Of a stretch of DNA of 64,000 nucleotides, positions 11,312 to 28,648 are shown piece after piece. The stretch's first letter is position 1; each line of letters opens with the position of its first letter. Made by a program: the position numbers and the translations under genes. This stretch comes from Scenedesmus sp. PABB004 (taxonomy: Eukaryota), in the NCBI GenBank assembly GCA_014905635.1, contig JABVCE010000029.1, positions 124,001 to 188,000 on the forward strand. Reading direction: 5' to 3'. The notes below the pieces were generated by a model that was not told the DNA's origin, did not search any database, and worked only from the letters and a program-made list of their open reading frames with translations.

Positions 11312-13550
11312 CTACGCGCCGCCGGCGCCGGGCAGCTCCGACGGCTCCCACTCGTCCTGCAGCGGCTGGTAGGCGCCGAACATGCGCTCCTGCAGGCAGC
11401 CCTGCAGCGCGCGGCGGCGGCGGCCGGGCGTGAGCCGCGCCGCGCGAGTCGGCCGCGCGGTGCGCCTGCGCGGCCGGCGGCGGCGCACCGGGTTGAACAC
11501 GGTGCAGCCCTCGTGCTGCACCATGGCCTGCGGCGACGCGTCCGCGAGCACCACCGCGTGGGGCAGGGGATAGAGCGAGAGCGCCTGCGCGACAGGGGGC
11601 GGGCGGGGCGGGACGGGCGGGCGCCGGGCGAGGAGGGGCCCCGGTGTGTGCCGGGCGAGAGCGGCGCGCGCGCCGCCCGCGCAGCAGCCCGCCGCGCGCG
11701 CAGCAAGCCCGCCGCACGCGCCTGGTCGTGCGCCCAGTGGACGGGCTGCACCGCGAGCGGCAGCGGGCACAGGCAGGCCTGCTGCAGCACCGTCGACGCG
11801 AGCGCGCCAAAGAGCGCCTGCGGGTCGTCCGCGACGTCGTCTGCGGCAGCGGCGGTCGGCGCGTCGGCGCGGCGTCGCCGGGCGTCGGCGCTTTTTGGCG
11901 CAACGGCGCGGCGGCGCGGCGGCCGCGCCCGCCGCGCAGTGCCGCCCACGCGCGCGCGCCAGCGGCCGCGCGCGGCGCACCCGGGGGCTGCTCGAGGCAG
12001 CGGCGGCGCATGTGCTTCATGAGATCGGACCGGAAGACCACGACCTCCCGGCCGTAGTAACGAATCCTGCGCGACAGGCACACACGCGGCGCGTGTGACC
12101 GGCGTGTGTGACGGGGCGCGGAGGCCCGACGGCACGCGCAGGGCGGCGACGGCCGGGCGCGCGCGGCGCGCGGCACGCGCGGCGCTGCCACCCATAGCCC
12201 GCCCGCCCACCGGCAGGGGTTGCTCGCAAAGACGGCGCTCGGCAGCACCGCGGCCAGGTCTGCCGTGAAGTAGCTCGCGAGGCGGGGCTGCGGCAGCAGG
12301 TGCCCGAGCCCGGGGTCGTGCGGGCCCGGCACAAACACAAAGCGCGCGCCGTCCTGCGCGGCGCGGGCGCAGGCGCGGGCGCGGCGGGCGCGGCGGCGCT
12401 CGGCGGCGCTCGGCGGCGCTCGGCGGTGCGGCCGCGGCACAGGGCGGCGGCGCGCGGCGTCGGCGTCGGCTGCTGCGGCGCGCGCACGCGTATGCGTGGG
12501 TACGTGTCGATGAGCCGCGCGAGCTGGGTGAAGCCCTCGCGCAGGCCCGCGTAGTCGGCGTCGGGGCTGGCCGCCGTCGCGGCCGCGCTGAAGTTGCCCA
12601 TCAACACCAGCAGCGCCGGCACCGCGCCGGCGTCCTGCAGGCCTGCGGCGTTGACCAGCACGGCGGCACCGCGTGCGGGTCGGCTCGCGGGCAGGTCGGC
12701 CGGCGGCGGCGGCCGCGCGCGCCCGGACGCCGGGCGCGCGTGTGTGCACCGTGAACCCTAAACCCTGACCCCCGCACCGCTGAAGAGCAGGTGCAGCGCA
12801 TCAAACGTGGCGGGGCGGTCGAGCCAGACGTTGGCGAGGAACATCATGCGGTCGTGCGCGTGGTCCGCCGCGTCGACCTCCAGCCGCGCCGCGTCCTCGT
12901 GCCCCAGCAGCGGCGCGCCAAAGAAGTTGAGCTTCTGGCGGAGCGGCCGGCGACCGCGCGCGGCGTGGCCGGCTGAGCGCGCGGGCGTGGTGGGGCGCGC
13001 GGCGCGGTGCACGGGCCGGGGCCGCCGCGGCCGGCGCGTGGGCGCGCGTGCGCGGGCGGCGCCGTGCCTGCGCGGTGGAGGGCAGCGCGGCGCGCGGCTC
13101 GCAGGTGGGCGAGCCCAGTGCCCGCACGACAAACACGCCGTCGTGGCCGACCTCCCCCTCCGCCACGACGACGCAGCCCTCTGCGCCGGCGCCGGCGCCG
13201 GCGGTTTCAGGGCGCGCCCCAGCGCCGGCGCGCGCGCGGGCGGCGGAGGGGTGCGCGCACGCCCACGCCGCGCCCCTGGAACGGCCAGCCGGCCGGCGCG
13301 CGCTCGCGCGCACGCCGCACCCGTGATGAGGCCGCCCGCCACGGTCGCGTGCGTGAGGTCGACCGGCAGCACCGCGCCCTCGTCCTCGAGCGTGGGCGCG
13401 CCGTCCTCCTGGCTGCCCAGGAGGCCCATGACGATGCAGCTCCGCCCCACGTTGCCCTTCAGCCCAGTCAGCTCCGTGATCTCGGCGTGGCGCCGGTGCT
13501 GCGGCATCGACGCCTGCGCCCCGGCGGCGGCGGTCGCGGCGGCGGCGGTC

Positions 13551-13609
<59 letters not shown>

Positions 13610-14443
13610 GGGACCGCGCCGCGCGGCCGGCCGGGCCGCGCGCCGCCGGCGCCGCGCGAGCCCGCGCGAGCCCGCGCGCGCGCGCGCGCGCGCGCGCCGC
13701 GCCTGCACGGCGTTGAGCGGCGCGAACTGCGCGCTGCGGCGCAGGCGCTGCGCGAGCATCGCGAAGCGGCCCTGGTAGAGCCGGACCTTGGCCTGCCGCC
13801 GGCGGTGCGGTGCGGCGGGGGCGCGGCGCGGGGCGCGGCGTCGGGCGGCGCGGCGACGCAGCGGCCCCAGGCCGCGCGCCGGGCGTGCGAGGCGTCGCGC
13901 GGCGCGGCGGGCGGGGCCGGCGGGGAGGCGTGCGCTGCCGCCGCAGCGCGCACCTCTGCGGGCGCCTGCAGGCTGCGCGGCGCGCCGGCGTCCTGGACGA
14001 GGCGCTTGTGGATCGGGTCGTAGCGCACGCGCGGCACCGAAAACGCGTCCACAAACACCACGGGCGGCGGCCGCCCCGCGCCGCCGCCGCCGGCGCCGGC
14101 GCCGGCGCCGCTCTCGGCGATCGCCGCCGCGACCGCCGACGAGCTCACGCCGCCGTTCTCGTCGAGGCCTGCGGCACGCGGCGGCGGCGCGGGGGTCGGC
14201 GCCGCGCTGCGCACTGCGCGGCCCGCCCGCCCGCCCGCCCGCGCTCGCGCGCCGCTCACTCTGCCTGAGGCGCTCCAGTAGCGGCTGCAGCACGTCCAGG
14301 TCGCCCTTGACCTCGGCCGTGAGCGAGAGCAGCGCGCGGTAGGCGTCCGCCTGCAGCGCGCCCTGCAGCCCCGCCTCGCCGAGCTTGGCCTGCAGCGGGC
14401 GGCCGTAATCGCGCTGCGCCTGCTGCAGCTCCCTCGCCGCCAT
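11312..14443 (-). CDS. POLE2: DNA polymerase epsilon subunit B; spliced
   Basis: Motifs VDAFSVPRVRYD, NFFGAP, FLANVWLD, LVLMGNF, FVFVPGPHDPG..LLPQP, FASNPCRIRYYGREVVVFRSDLMKHMRR, TVLQQACLCPLP..QPVHWAHDQALSLYPLPHAVVLAD and VFNPG, characteristic of POLE2/DPB2. Confidence 0.92.
13553..13607 (+). repeat. (GGC)n microsatellite in a POLE2 intron
   Basis: Pure CGG/GGC run. Confidence 0.9.
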
Positions 14444-14608
14444 GGCAGGCGCTGCTGTGCAGACGCAGGCGGCAGCAGCGCCGCGCGCGGTGGTGCGGGC
14501 GCGGTGCGGCGCCGGGGCGCCTGGCGGCCGTGCCGGGCCGGGAGCGCTCGCAAGGGCGCGGGTGGGCGACAGGCGGAGGCGCGCTCTGGGCGGCGCTGAT
14601 CGGCGCGC

Positions 14609-15206
14609 GGCGCGGGCGGCGCAGGCGGCGCGCTGCGGCAGCTCGCGGGCCGTGCGGGGCGCAGGGCGGGGTGCGGGGCGCCGATCGGGCTGCGGCCGGT
14701 CGCCTGGCGCGCTGCAGCGCTGGTGCGGGCAGCGCGGGCGCGGCGCGTCATGTTTTTCGAACACGTCGGCGGCGGCGGCAGTCGCTGCCCCCCTGGCCCG
14801 CAGCCCACACCCGCCCGCCGGCACCAGCACGCCGCGCCTGCACGCCAACCGGCACGCGCCGCCCCGATCACCGCCGCCGGCGCCTGCCGCTGCTGCGCAG
14901 GCGCGCCCCGCGCCGCCGCACCAGCGCTGCCGGGGCCCCAGGGCCTCCACAGGCGCAGGCCGGCGGCGGCCCTCATGCGCGGCGCGCGGCACGCGCGGCC
15001 GCAGCGGCCGGCGCGCTGCGCGCGGACGCGCAGCAGCAGCAGCAGCGGAGCGGCGGCAGCGCGATGCGGCGGAGCGCGGAGGAGCACCCGCTGGTCGCGC
15101 AGGCGTGGCCATGAGCTTTGCCCCGCGCCACGCCGCCGCGGCGCTGGCGGGCTTCGCGGCCGCGGCCGCGGCCGCGGCCGGCGGCGGCGACGCGGCGCGC
15201 CTCAGC
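14609..15206 (+). repeat. Direct repeat copy A of the RecQ upstream region and first codons (~600 bp)
   Basis: Aligns by eye with 22936-23519, e.g. the shared gcgcgtcat(g/c)tttttcgaacacgtcggcggcggcggcagtcgctgccccc block. Confidence 0.9.
15064..15206 (+). pseudogene. Truncated, frameshifted copy of the RecQ N-terminus
   Basis: MRRSAEEHPLVAQA, then a 1-nt deletion, then MSFAPRHAAAALAGFAAAA..GGDAARLS, versus RecQ MRRSAEHHPLVAQAVAMGFAPHHAAAALAGFAAAAAGGDASRLS. No helicase sequence follows. Confidence 0.7.
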
Positions 15207-15923
15207 ACGCCCGCGCCGCCTGCAGCCGCCGGCGCCTGCCCGGGGTCTCTCCCCCTCCACGCCGCTGTTGGGCACCGGGGAGCAGCAGCGCGCTGTGCGC
15301 ACACCGCTCGCCGCCGACCCGCCGGCGCCGCGCGCGCTGCGCCCGGCGCGCGCTGACCGCGGGCCGCCCGCATCGCGCCGCTCAGCACGTACATCGGCAG
15401 CTGTGCTGTCGGGCGCGCTGCTGGACGCGCACGACGTCAAGCAGGGCGCGCCCAGGGGCCGCGCCGCAGCGAAGGAGCCCCGCCCCGCTCGGGAGGGCGG
15501 CGGCGCGCTTGTTCGGCCGCGCGAGCGAGGTCTGCGTGCCGAGAGCAGAGCTCAGGACCGGCGCCAGGCAGCGGCGGCCTCGGGCTAGGGAGGGAGGGTG
15601 AGCGCGCGCGCGCGGCGCGCAGCGCTCGGGGGCCGCTGCGGCGCTGTTGGGCGCTTGGCCTGGCGAAAGGGCGCACGCTGGTGGCGCGGAACCGGCTGGC
15701 TGGAAGATGTTCGTAAAATGGCGACCGCGGCCTGGCCTTCCACCAGCCGCCGCGCCCTGCCCCGGCGCCCGCACTGTCCCTCCACCGCGCCCCGGTCCGT
15801 GTCCTCCGCTACGCTGCGTGCCCAACAGACGCTTCCCCAGAGCTCCGTTGTAGAAGCATCCCTGCCCCTCGCCCGCCCGCGCGCCCGCTCGCCCGCGCCA
15901 GCCGCCATGGGCCACCGAACGAC

Positions 15924-18900
15924 ATGAGCCGGCAGAGCCGCGCCAGGGCCATGGCCCGGCGCTGGCTGGCCGCGGCGCAGCTCCTGCTGCTCGTCCTGGC
16001 CGCCTCGGCGCGCTCGCACAGCGGTGAGCGCGGCGGCCGCTCGCTTCCCTGCTGCTGAGCGCCGGGCCAGGCCTGGGGCTGAGCGGCACCGCCGCCGCCG
16101 CCGCAGGCGCCGCCGCAGGCCGCCGCACGCTGCTGCAGCAACGGAGCTGCCCGGAGGGCTGCGCGACGACGCCCGGCGCGTGCGTCCCCGACGGCTCATC
16201 GGGCGGCTTTGTCTGCCTTCAGTGCGTCGACAACCGCGTCCCGGCGGCGGACGGCAGCTGCGGTGGGTGCCGCGGCGCGCCGGCGCGCTGCGCACCCCCC
16301 CCCCCCTCCAGAAAAGAACGGCTGCAGCGAGCCCGCCCCCTGCCGCCCCCGCCTGGCAGGCTGCTCGCCGGGCCGCGTCCTCAACACCAGCACGCGGCGC
16401 TGCGACCTCTGCGCCACCGGCAGCTGGTGCCCCGGCGGCGGCGAGGTCCAGGCCGCGTCGTCGACGGCGTGCGCCGCCGGGCTGACCACGCGCGCGCCCG
16501 GGGCCTCGTCGCGCGCCGACTGCGGTGAGCCCGCAGCCGGCGCTGGGCAGCGCGCACGGCGCCGGTCAGCGCCCGCGCGCGCGGCTCACCCGCGCACGCC
16601 GCCCCCGCACGCAGTCAACGCGCCCGGCTACAGCTTTGGCCTGGATGCCAGCGGCGCGCCCAGCGCGACGCCCTGCCCCGCGCACTCATACTCGGTCGGC
16701 TACCTGCGGCAGCCGCGCTGCACGCCGTGCGCCAGGGGCCTGCGCACAAATAACACGGGCGCCGACACCACGCGCACCTCTGCGGCGGTGTGCCGTGAGT
16801 CGCCGCTGGCTGCGAGACGCGCGCGCGCGCGCGCGCCGGCCGAGCGGGGAGGCGCAGCAGCCTGCCAATCGCAGCGGGCGCCGGCCGAGCCCTCCTGCCT
16901 GCGCCGCGGCCGCGCCGCAGTGGTGCCGCCCGGCCGGCGCTGGGGCGCCGGCGCGGCTGTCCGCTGCGCACGCGGCACGTTCCGCGATGGCTGGGCGGTG
17001 CCGAGCGTGGATGCTGCCACCTGCGCGTCGTGCCCCACCGGCACCACGACTAACGGCACTGGGAGCACAAACTGCGCAGGTGAGGGGTGCAGCTGGTGCA
17101 CCGCTGCGCTGCGCTGCCGGCGTGCCGCCGCCACGGCCACCAGCGCGGGCGCGAGCACTGCACTCCCCCGGCTGACGGCGCCGGCCTGGCGCGCCCGCAG
17201 CTGTCACGGTGGGCTTTTATTGGCTGAGCGCCACCACCGTGGCGCCGTGCCCGCTGGACAGCTTCTGCCCCGGCTCCACGCTGCCGCCGGCGCCAGGCGT
17301 TGGCAGCATCACGTGCAGCAGCATCCGCGCCGGGCTGCGGACGCAGGCAACGGGGACGAGCACGTCCGACGGCTGCCGTGAGTGGCGGCGCGCCGACGGC
17401 AGGGCGCGCCGGGGCGCCGGCGCTGGCGGCGGGGGGCGCGTGGGTGGGCGCATGTGCCAGGGCGCGCTCGACACGCCGCCCTGCCTGCCCGCCCGCTCAC
17501 TGTCGCGCGCAGTCATCCCGCCGGGCTTCGGCGTGACCAGCGGGGTCGTGAGCCAGTGCAGCAATAACGTTGGCGGCCAGGGCTTTTACCAGCCAAGCTG
17601 GCTGCCCGGCAACTCCAGCGACGCGTGCCAGGCGTGCGGCGCGGGCATTCTGTCGGAGAACAGGGAATCCAGCGCGGTGCCCGGCGAATCGGCAATCCTG
17701 CTGCCCCGCACGTCGGCGTCCTGCTGTGAGTGCACACGCACGCATGCACGCTGCTGCGGCCAGGGCTGCTGCTGCCGCTGCTGCGCGCCATGCCTCATGC
17801 CCGCCCGCCTGCCGGCCGCGCAGACATCACGGGCGGGCAGAGCGTCGTGTTGTCGAGCGTGCTCGAGGCGGCGATGCTCATCAACCCCACGCCCCCCGTC
17901 CGGGCGGCGACCTGCAACGGCAGCACCCAGTACAGCACAGTGAGCTCAAACACCAGGCAGTATGGCCTCAACCTCACGCGCTGCGGCGAGTGCACGCGCG
18001 GCACGTTTGTGCTCGCCCCCAACGCCACTGGCAACGTCGGGCTCGCGTCGTGCAGCAGAGTGACGGCCGGCTTTGGCTACGACCCGGCCGCCAGCTCGCT
18101 CGTCACGGCGGTGGCCAGCACCAAGCCCTGCCCAGGTGCGGCTCGCGGGCAGCTGGGGGCGGGCGGGCGGCGGCAGCTTGGTTTGGCGTGTGCGCGCGTG
18201 ACGCCCGCCGCACCGCCCGCCCGCCCCCCACCGCAGCCAACAGCAATAACCCCAACGCGACGCTGCCAATCACCGTCAACGGCACGAGCTGCACGTGCGT
18301 CGCCGGTACGGGCAGCTACTCGTTCGCGGCCGGCTGCTCCGCGTGCACGGACGGCACCTTCAGCACCGGCGGCAGCACGGCGCCCTGCACATCGTGCGGC
18401 CCCAACGCCGGCGTCAGCGCCCTGCCGCGCACGTCGTCGGCCAACTGCACCTGCAGCGCCGGCTACGCCACCTACGCCTCACCCAGCAGCGGCTGCACAC
18501 AGTGCGCCACGGGCTTCGGCCGTATTAGCGCCGTCGGCGCCAGCCCCATCAACTGCACCGCGTGCACCGGCTCCCGGACCACCGCCGGGCCCGGCACGAA
18601 CGACACCTCGTTTTGCTGTGAGCGCGCGTGCTGGCCCGCCCGCCCTGCGCGCTGTGCTGCGCGCGCCCTGGCCGCGCCCTGGCCGCGCCCTGGCCGCGCC
18701 CTGGCCGCGCCCTGGCCGCGCCCTGGCCGCGCCCTGGCCGCGCCCTGGCCGCGCCCTGGCCGCGCCCTGGCCGCGCCCTGGCCGCGCCCTGGCCGCCCCC
18801 TGACCGCGCCACGCGCGCCTGCTCGCGCAGGGTGCCCCGCCGGCACGGGCGCGCTGCTCACGGGCGGCACCTGCAGCGACTGCGGCATCGGCAGCTGGGG

Positions 18901-21564
18901 CGCGTTTGACGCCACCGACCCGTGCGTGCAGTGCGTCGCGCCGTCGATGTCGTTTGTGTTGTTTGGTATGGTCAACCCCGTCGCGCTCATCACGACCGCG
19001 GCGACGCGGTCGACCGCGAGCACCGACTGCGTGCGCGGCGTGCTGTCGAGCCCGACGGGGATGACCGTCACAACCGTCACCAGCGCCACCACGGTGCAGT
19101 TGTGCGCGACCGCGTGCTCTAACAGTGGGTGCGCATACTTCACCTACAACCTGGCGACGGGCGCGCCCGCCACGGAGCAGGGCGCATCGGCCGTGACCAA
19201 CTGCCGCCTGCACAGCGTCAACGTCGCGGCCATGAACGACACGTGCGCGGCTCGCGCGCGTGGCCGACGCGCGGCTGGCTGGCCAGCCGGCGCTGCTGGC
19301 GCCCCGCACGCGCCTCCGACGCACACGCCGCCGCCCTGCCCCCTGTGCTGCTCTCCTCTACTCTCCGCCGCAGGTTCCGGGTGGCGTACAAGCTCTCCAA
19401 CAGCACCACCTACTCGTGGTGGCGCCACGTCGCCAGCCTCGACGCCGCCAGTATCGGCGGCCTCCCGCTGGCGACGGCCAGCGGCAGCACCGTGACGCAG
19501 TGCCTCTCCGACTGCAGCGCCCAGGCGGCGTGCGCGGCGGTGCTGCTGAACAGCGCAAGCTGGACCACGCCCACGAACGTCGCCTGCACCCTGGTCATGG
19601 GCCAGGTGGCCAATGCGACGCTGCCCGCGGACCGCACGCTCCTCGCAAACATGGCGCCGACGGCGTCCAACGCGACAGCCCCGCTGCCGTCGATAGGTGC
19701 GTGTGCTGGCATGTGTCTGGCTGGCTGGGGGGCTGGCGGCTGCACGCGCCGGCACACCTCGCCGCCGTTGGCGCCAGCGCAAGCGCACGCCACGGCTCCT
19801 CCCCTCCCCTCCCCTCACGTTCTGACCCACGCGCCGCCACGCCGCCACTCCTCCTTTCCGCACGCGCGCAGCCAACATCGCGCCGAACTTCACCCTGGCG
19901 CAGTCCAACGTGACGGTGCTCGAGGACGCGGGGGCGCAGAGCGTGCCCAACTTTGTCACAAACGTGGACCCGCGCAACCCCGGCCAGAGCATTATCAATG
20001 CCACGATCACCTGCACCACCAACCCGTCGGGCCTCTTCTCCGGCGGCGCGCCGCCGGCGCTGGCGGCCAACAGCGCGAATGCAGCCAACTACGACCTCAC
20101 CTTTACGGCCGGGCCCGACGCCAACGGCGCGGCGAGCTGCACTGTGACGGTCACGGACGACGGCGTGGGCACGGTTGGCGGCGCAGCGAGCGCGACACAA
20201 ACCTTCACCATCACCGTCATCTCAGGTGCGCGCGCGCTCGCGCACACGCACTGACAACGCGCGCGGCGCCCGCGCCTCTCGCACGCCCGCCCCGCCTCTC
20301 TTGCACGCCCGGCCCTGCCCCGAGCGCTGCTCCCCAGCCGCCGCTGACGTACCCCCCCCCCCCCGCCCTCTGTGTCGCCGCCCCTGCTCGCGTGCGTGCG
20401 CGCAGTGAACGATGCGCCGAGCTATGTCAGGGGCAGCGCCTGGACCGCGAGCTCGACGTATCGGCTCCTGCGAAGCTCGGTGAACATCAGCACATCAGTA
20501 CAGTCCTTTGTCACCAACGTCACCCGCGGCGCGGCCAACGAGGGCGGCCAAGGCCTGACCTTTGTGGTGACCAACAACAACAACGCCCTGTTCAGCCCAA
20601 CCGGCCAGCCGGCCATCAGCTCTCCCGGCGTCGGCGTAACTACCGCCACGCTCTCGTTCACGCCGTTGGCTGGCGCAAGTGGCTCGGCGACGGTCACGGT
20701 GGTGCTGCAGGACGATGGCGGCACGGCCAACGGCGGCGTGGACCGCACCGTCGCGCAGACCTTTGTCATATCTATCGGTGAGCTCCGGACAGGGCGGGCT
20801 GTTGACTGCTGCAGCGCGCGACGGGCGCGCACGGCGCACCGGGGCCCGCATGTTCCGCGACCGCGCCACACCCACCTAAGCACGCACTGCACGTGCTCGC
20901 CCGCCCTGCAGGCGTGAGGTACCCTACGAATTTCAATATCACACTCGACCAGCTGCCTGGAGGTACAAACCAAGCCACCACCGTGGTCGAGGGCACCGGC
21001 TACCCCCTCACCAGCTTGGTACCCCCCATTAGCTACTTTTACTACCTCTGGGGCGCGACGACCCTCACGGCCGGCGACGGGAGTTCAAACGGCGGAGGGC
21101 TTTACGTCTTTCGGACCATCGGCGGCTCCGACTACGCCCTGGGCTCGCTCCCCAAAAACAATGCTCAGTTCAAGTACGGTGTGGCCGTCAACAACGCGGA
21201 GACCTGGACAGCCGGGCGCGCGGAGGTCACCTTCACGCTGGAGACGTGGCGCACCGGCAGCCAAAAAGACAACGTCACGGTTGGGCTGGCCGTGGTGGGG
21301 ACCGCCCCCCTGGGTACCACCCCGCCCGCACTGTTTCCCGGGACGTCGCAACCCATCGAACCCGCGGGCGCTTCTACTTCAACACGTGCCGTCGACGGCA
21401 ACTCGGCCGCCAACAGGGTGACGCAGACCATCAGCGGCCCCATCAGCGCCACGGGCGGGTCGCGCGTTATGCTGGTCGTCTCCGACGCCAGCTCCGGCAA
21501 TGGCGGCAACGTCAACTTTGGCACCGCCGTGGACGACCTCGTCTTTGTGCTCTACCCAGTGTGA
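15924..21564 (+). CDS. Large secreted Cys-rich repeat protein with PAN/Apple-like modules, two bacterial-type cadherin/Ig-like repeats and a C-terminal beta-rich domain; dispersed member of the array family
   Basis: Signal peptide MARRWLAAAQLLLLVLAASARSHS (start at 15924 or 15951). GRRTLLQ, then CPEGC..ACVP..GGFVCLQCVDNRV..DGSC as in the array genes; CxxGxY/CxxCP repeats; CATACSNSGCAYFTYN and YSWW..QCLSDCSAQAACAAV (PAN-like); VTVLEDAGAQSVPNFVTNV...FTITVISVNDAP...LQDDGGTANGGVD. Confidence 0.8.
18663..18794 (+). repeat. Intronic minisatellite (GCGCCCTGGCC)x12
   Basis: Perfect 11-bp tandem units filling most of a GT-AG intron. Confidence 0.92.
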
Positions 21565-23387
21565 GGCTTCAGCCTCAAGCGTGGGCGCGGCGCCGGCCGG
21601 GCGCGCGCGCCGCGCGCCCCCCGCCAGCACGGGGCGGGGCGGGGGAGGAGGCGCCGCGAGCGCCGCTGCGGTCGCTCGATCGGCGCCACCCCGGCCTGAC
21701 CGAGGCCGGCTGTGTGTCAGCGTGTGTGTGAGTGTGTGTGTGTGGGGGGGGGGAGCTGCTGCATGACACCTGCCGCCGCCGCCGCTGCGGCCGTGGCCGC
21801 CGCCCGCGCGTGTGGCCGCGCGTGCGCTGGGCGGCGCGGCTGGGCTTGCAGTTGGGGGCGCATGGCGGCGCGCCTCGGTGCGCGCGCGCGAGCCGCCGTG
21901 CTGGTGGCTGGCTGTCTGCTGCGCGTCGCGGCAGCGCACACCGCGCAGGGCAGCCCTGCTCTGCAGACGCCAAAGGCCCACGCACCGCGTTGTGCGCGTC
22001 GCTCGGGCCGGGCGCGCTGAGCGCGCGCGCTGAGTGCGTGCCCGCCGCTGGCCGCCGCGCTGCGCCGCGCCGGCGCGCCGCCGCCATGCGTGCTGAGCTG
22101 AGCTCAACCCTGGGCTGACGACTGACGACTCGCTTCCTTGTCTTCTCACCGCCTCTCGTGGATGCATGCTTCCCTCTCTCTCCTCCCCGGCCTTGCGCCG
22201 GGGGGCTGGGCTTAAGTTTGGCGCGCGCGCGCTCTCGCGCACGCACGCGCGGGGATGGGGACTGGGGGATGGGGGACAGGGCGGGGCTGAACTGCATCTA
22301 TCTATGTCAGGGTGGGGGAGAGGGCGCGCGCCCGTATCGCGCGTGACCCACTTGCCGTCCTCAGCGGCGGCCTTGCTTGCTGCTGTGTGTATGTGTGAAG
22401 GGACGGTTGCGCGGCGTCATGCGACGCGCGCCGTGCTGCCCGCGCCGCATGACCAGTGGCCGCGGGTGAGCAGGGAGAGGGGAGGGCGACATAAAGTGGC
22501 CATCGCTGCCTGGCTGGCTGGCTCTCGAGCCTGCCAGCCAGACCTGCTGCCGCTGTGCTTGGCTCCATCCATCCACATCTCAAACCTCCATGCTCCAGTT
22601 TTGTCGCAGCTTCGCAACGAAGCGCCTCGTGACCCGAACGAACACAACACTGACTGCCTGGGAGTTTCTCGGGCTGAGTTTCTGGCGCACCTTGTGGGGA
22701 TGATGATGCACTGCAGCACTGGTATCGCGCCTCCAAGGCGCCGTGCAATAAACAGAGCCCACCGCAGCACCGCCGCGCGCTGCGCGCTGCGCCGCCGCCT
22801 GGCCGGCGCCCCGGGCAGCGCTGATCAGCCCCTGACCAGCCCTGGCAGCCGCGGGCATTGGTGCACCCCGACGGCGGCGTGGGCACGGACGCAGGCGTCC
22901 CGCGCGCTGCAGCGCGCCGCGCCCGTGTGCGCGCTGCGCGGGCGGCGCAGGCGGTGCGCTGCGGCAGCTCGCCGGGCCGTGCGGGGCGCAGGGCGCGCTG
23001 CGGGCGCGCCGATCGGGCTGTGGCCGGTCGCCGAGCGCCCTGCAGCGCTGGTGCGGGCAGCGCGGGCTCGGCGCGTCATCTTTTTCGAACACGTCGGCGG
23101 CGGCGGCAGTCGCTGCCCCCCTGGCCCGCAGCCCACACCCGCCCGCCGGCACCAGCACGCCGCGCCTGCACGCCAACCGGCACGCGCCGCCCCGATCACC
23201 GCCGCCGGCGCGTGCCGCTGCTGCGCAGGCGCGCCCCGCGCCGCCGCGCCAGCGCTGCCGGGGCCCCAGGGCCTCCACAGGTGCAGGCCGGCGGCGGCCC
23301 TCATGCGCTAGGCGCGGACGCCCGGCCAGCGGCGGCCGCAGCGCGGCGCGCGGGACGCAGCAGCAGCGGCGGAGCGGCGGCAGCGCC

Positions 23388-28562
<5,175 letters not shown>

Positions 28563-28648
28563 GCGCGCGGCCGGCGCGCGCACTGGCGTTGTCGCCAGCG
28601 GGCGTGGCTGTGTCACCGCCGCCACCGGGCGCGCGCCCGCCCCGCTCG

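Noticed and set aside
18663..18794. Regular repeats as a possible CRISPR array
   Set aside because: 11-bp head-to-tail units without spacers, inside a eukaryotic intron; no cas genes.
22695..22836. C/D-box snoRNA (TGATGA ... CTGA)
   Set aside because: No convincing terminal stem or recognisable rRNA guide; the motifs are short enough to occur by chance.
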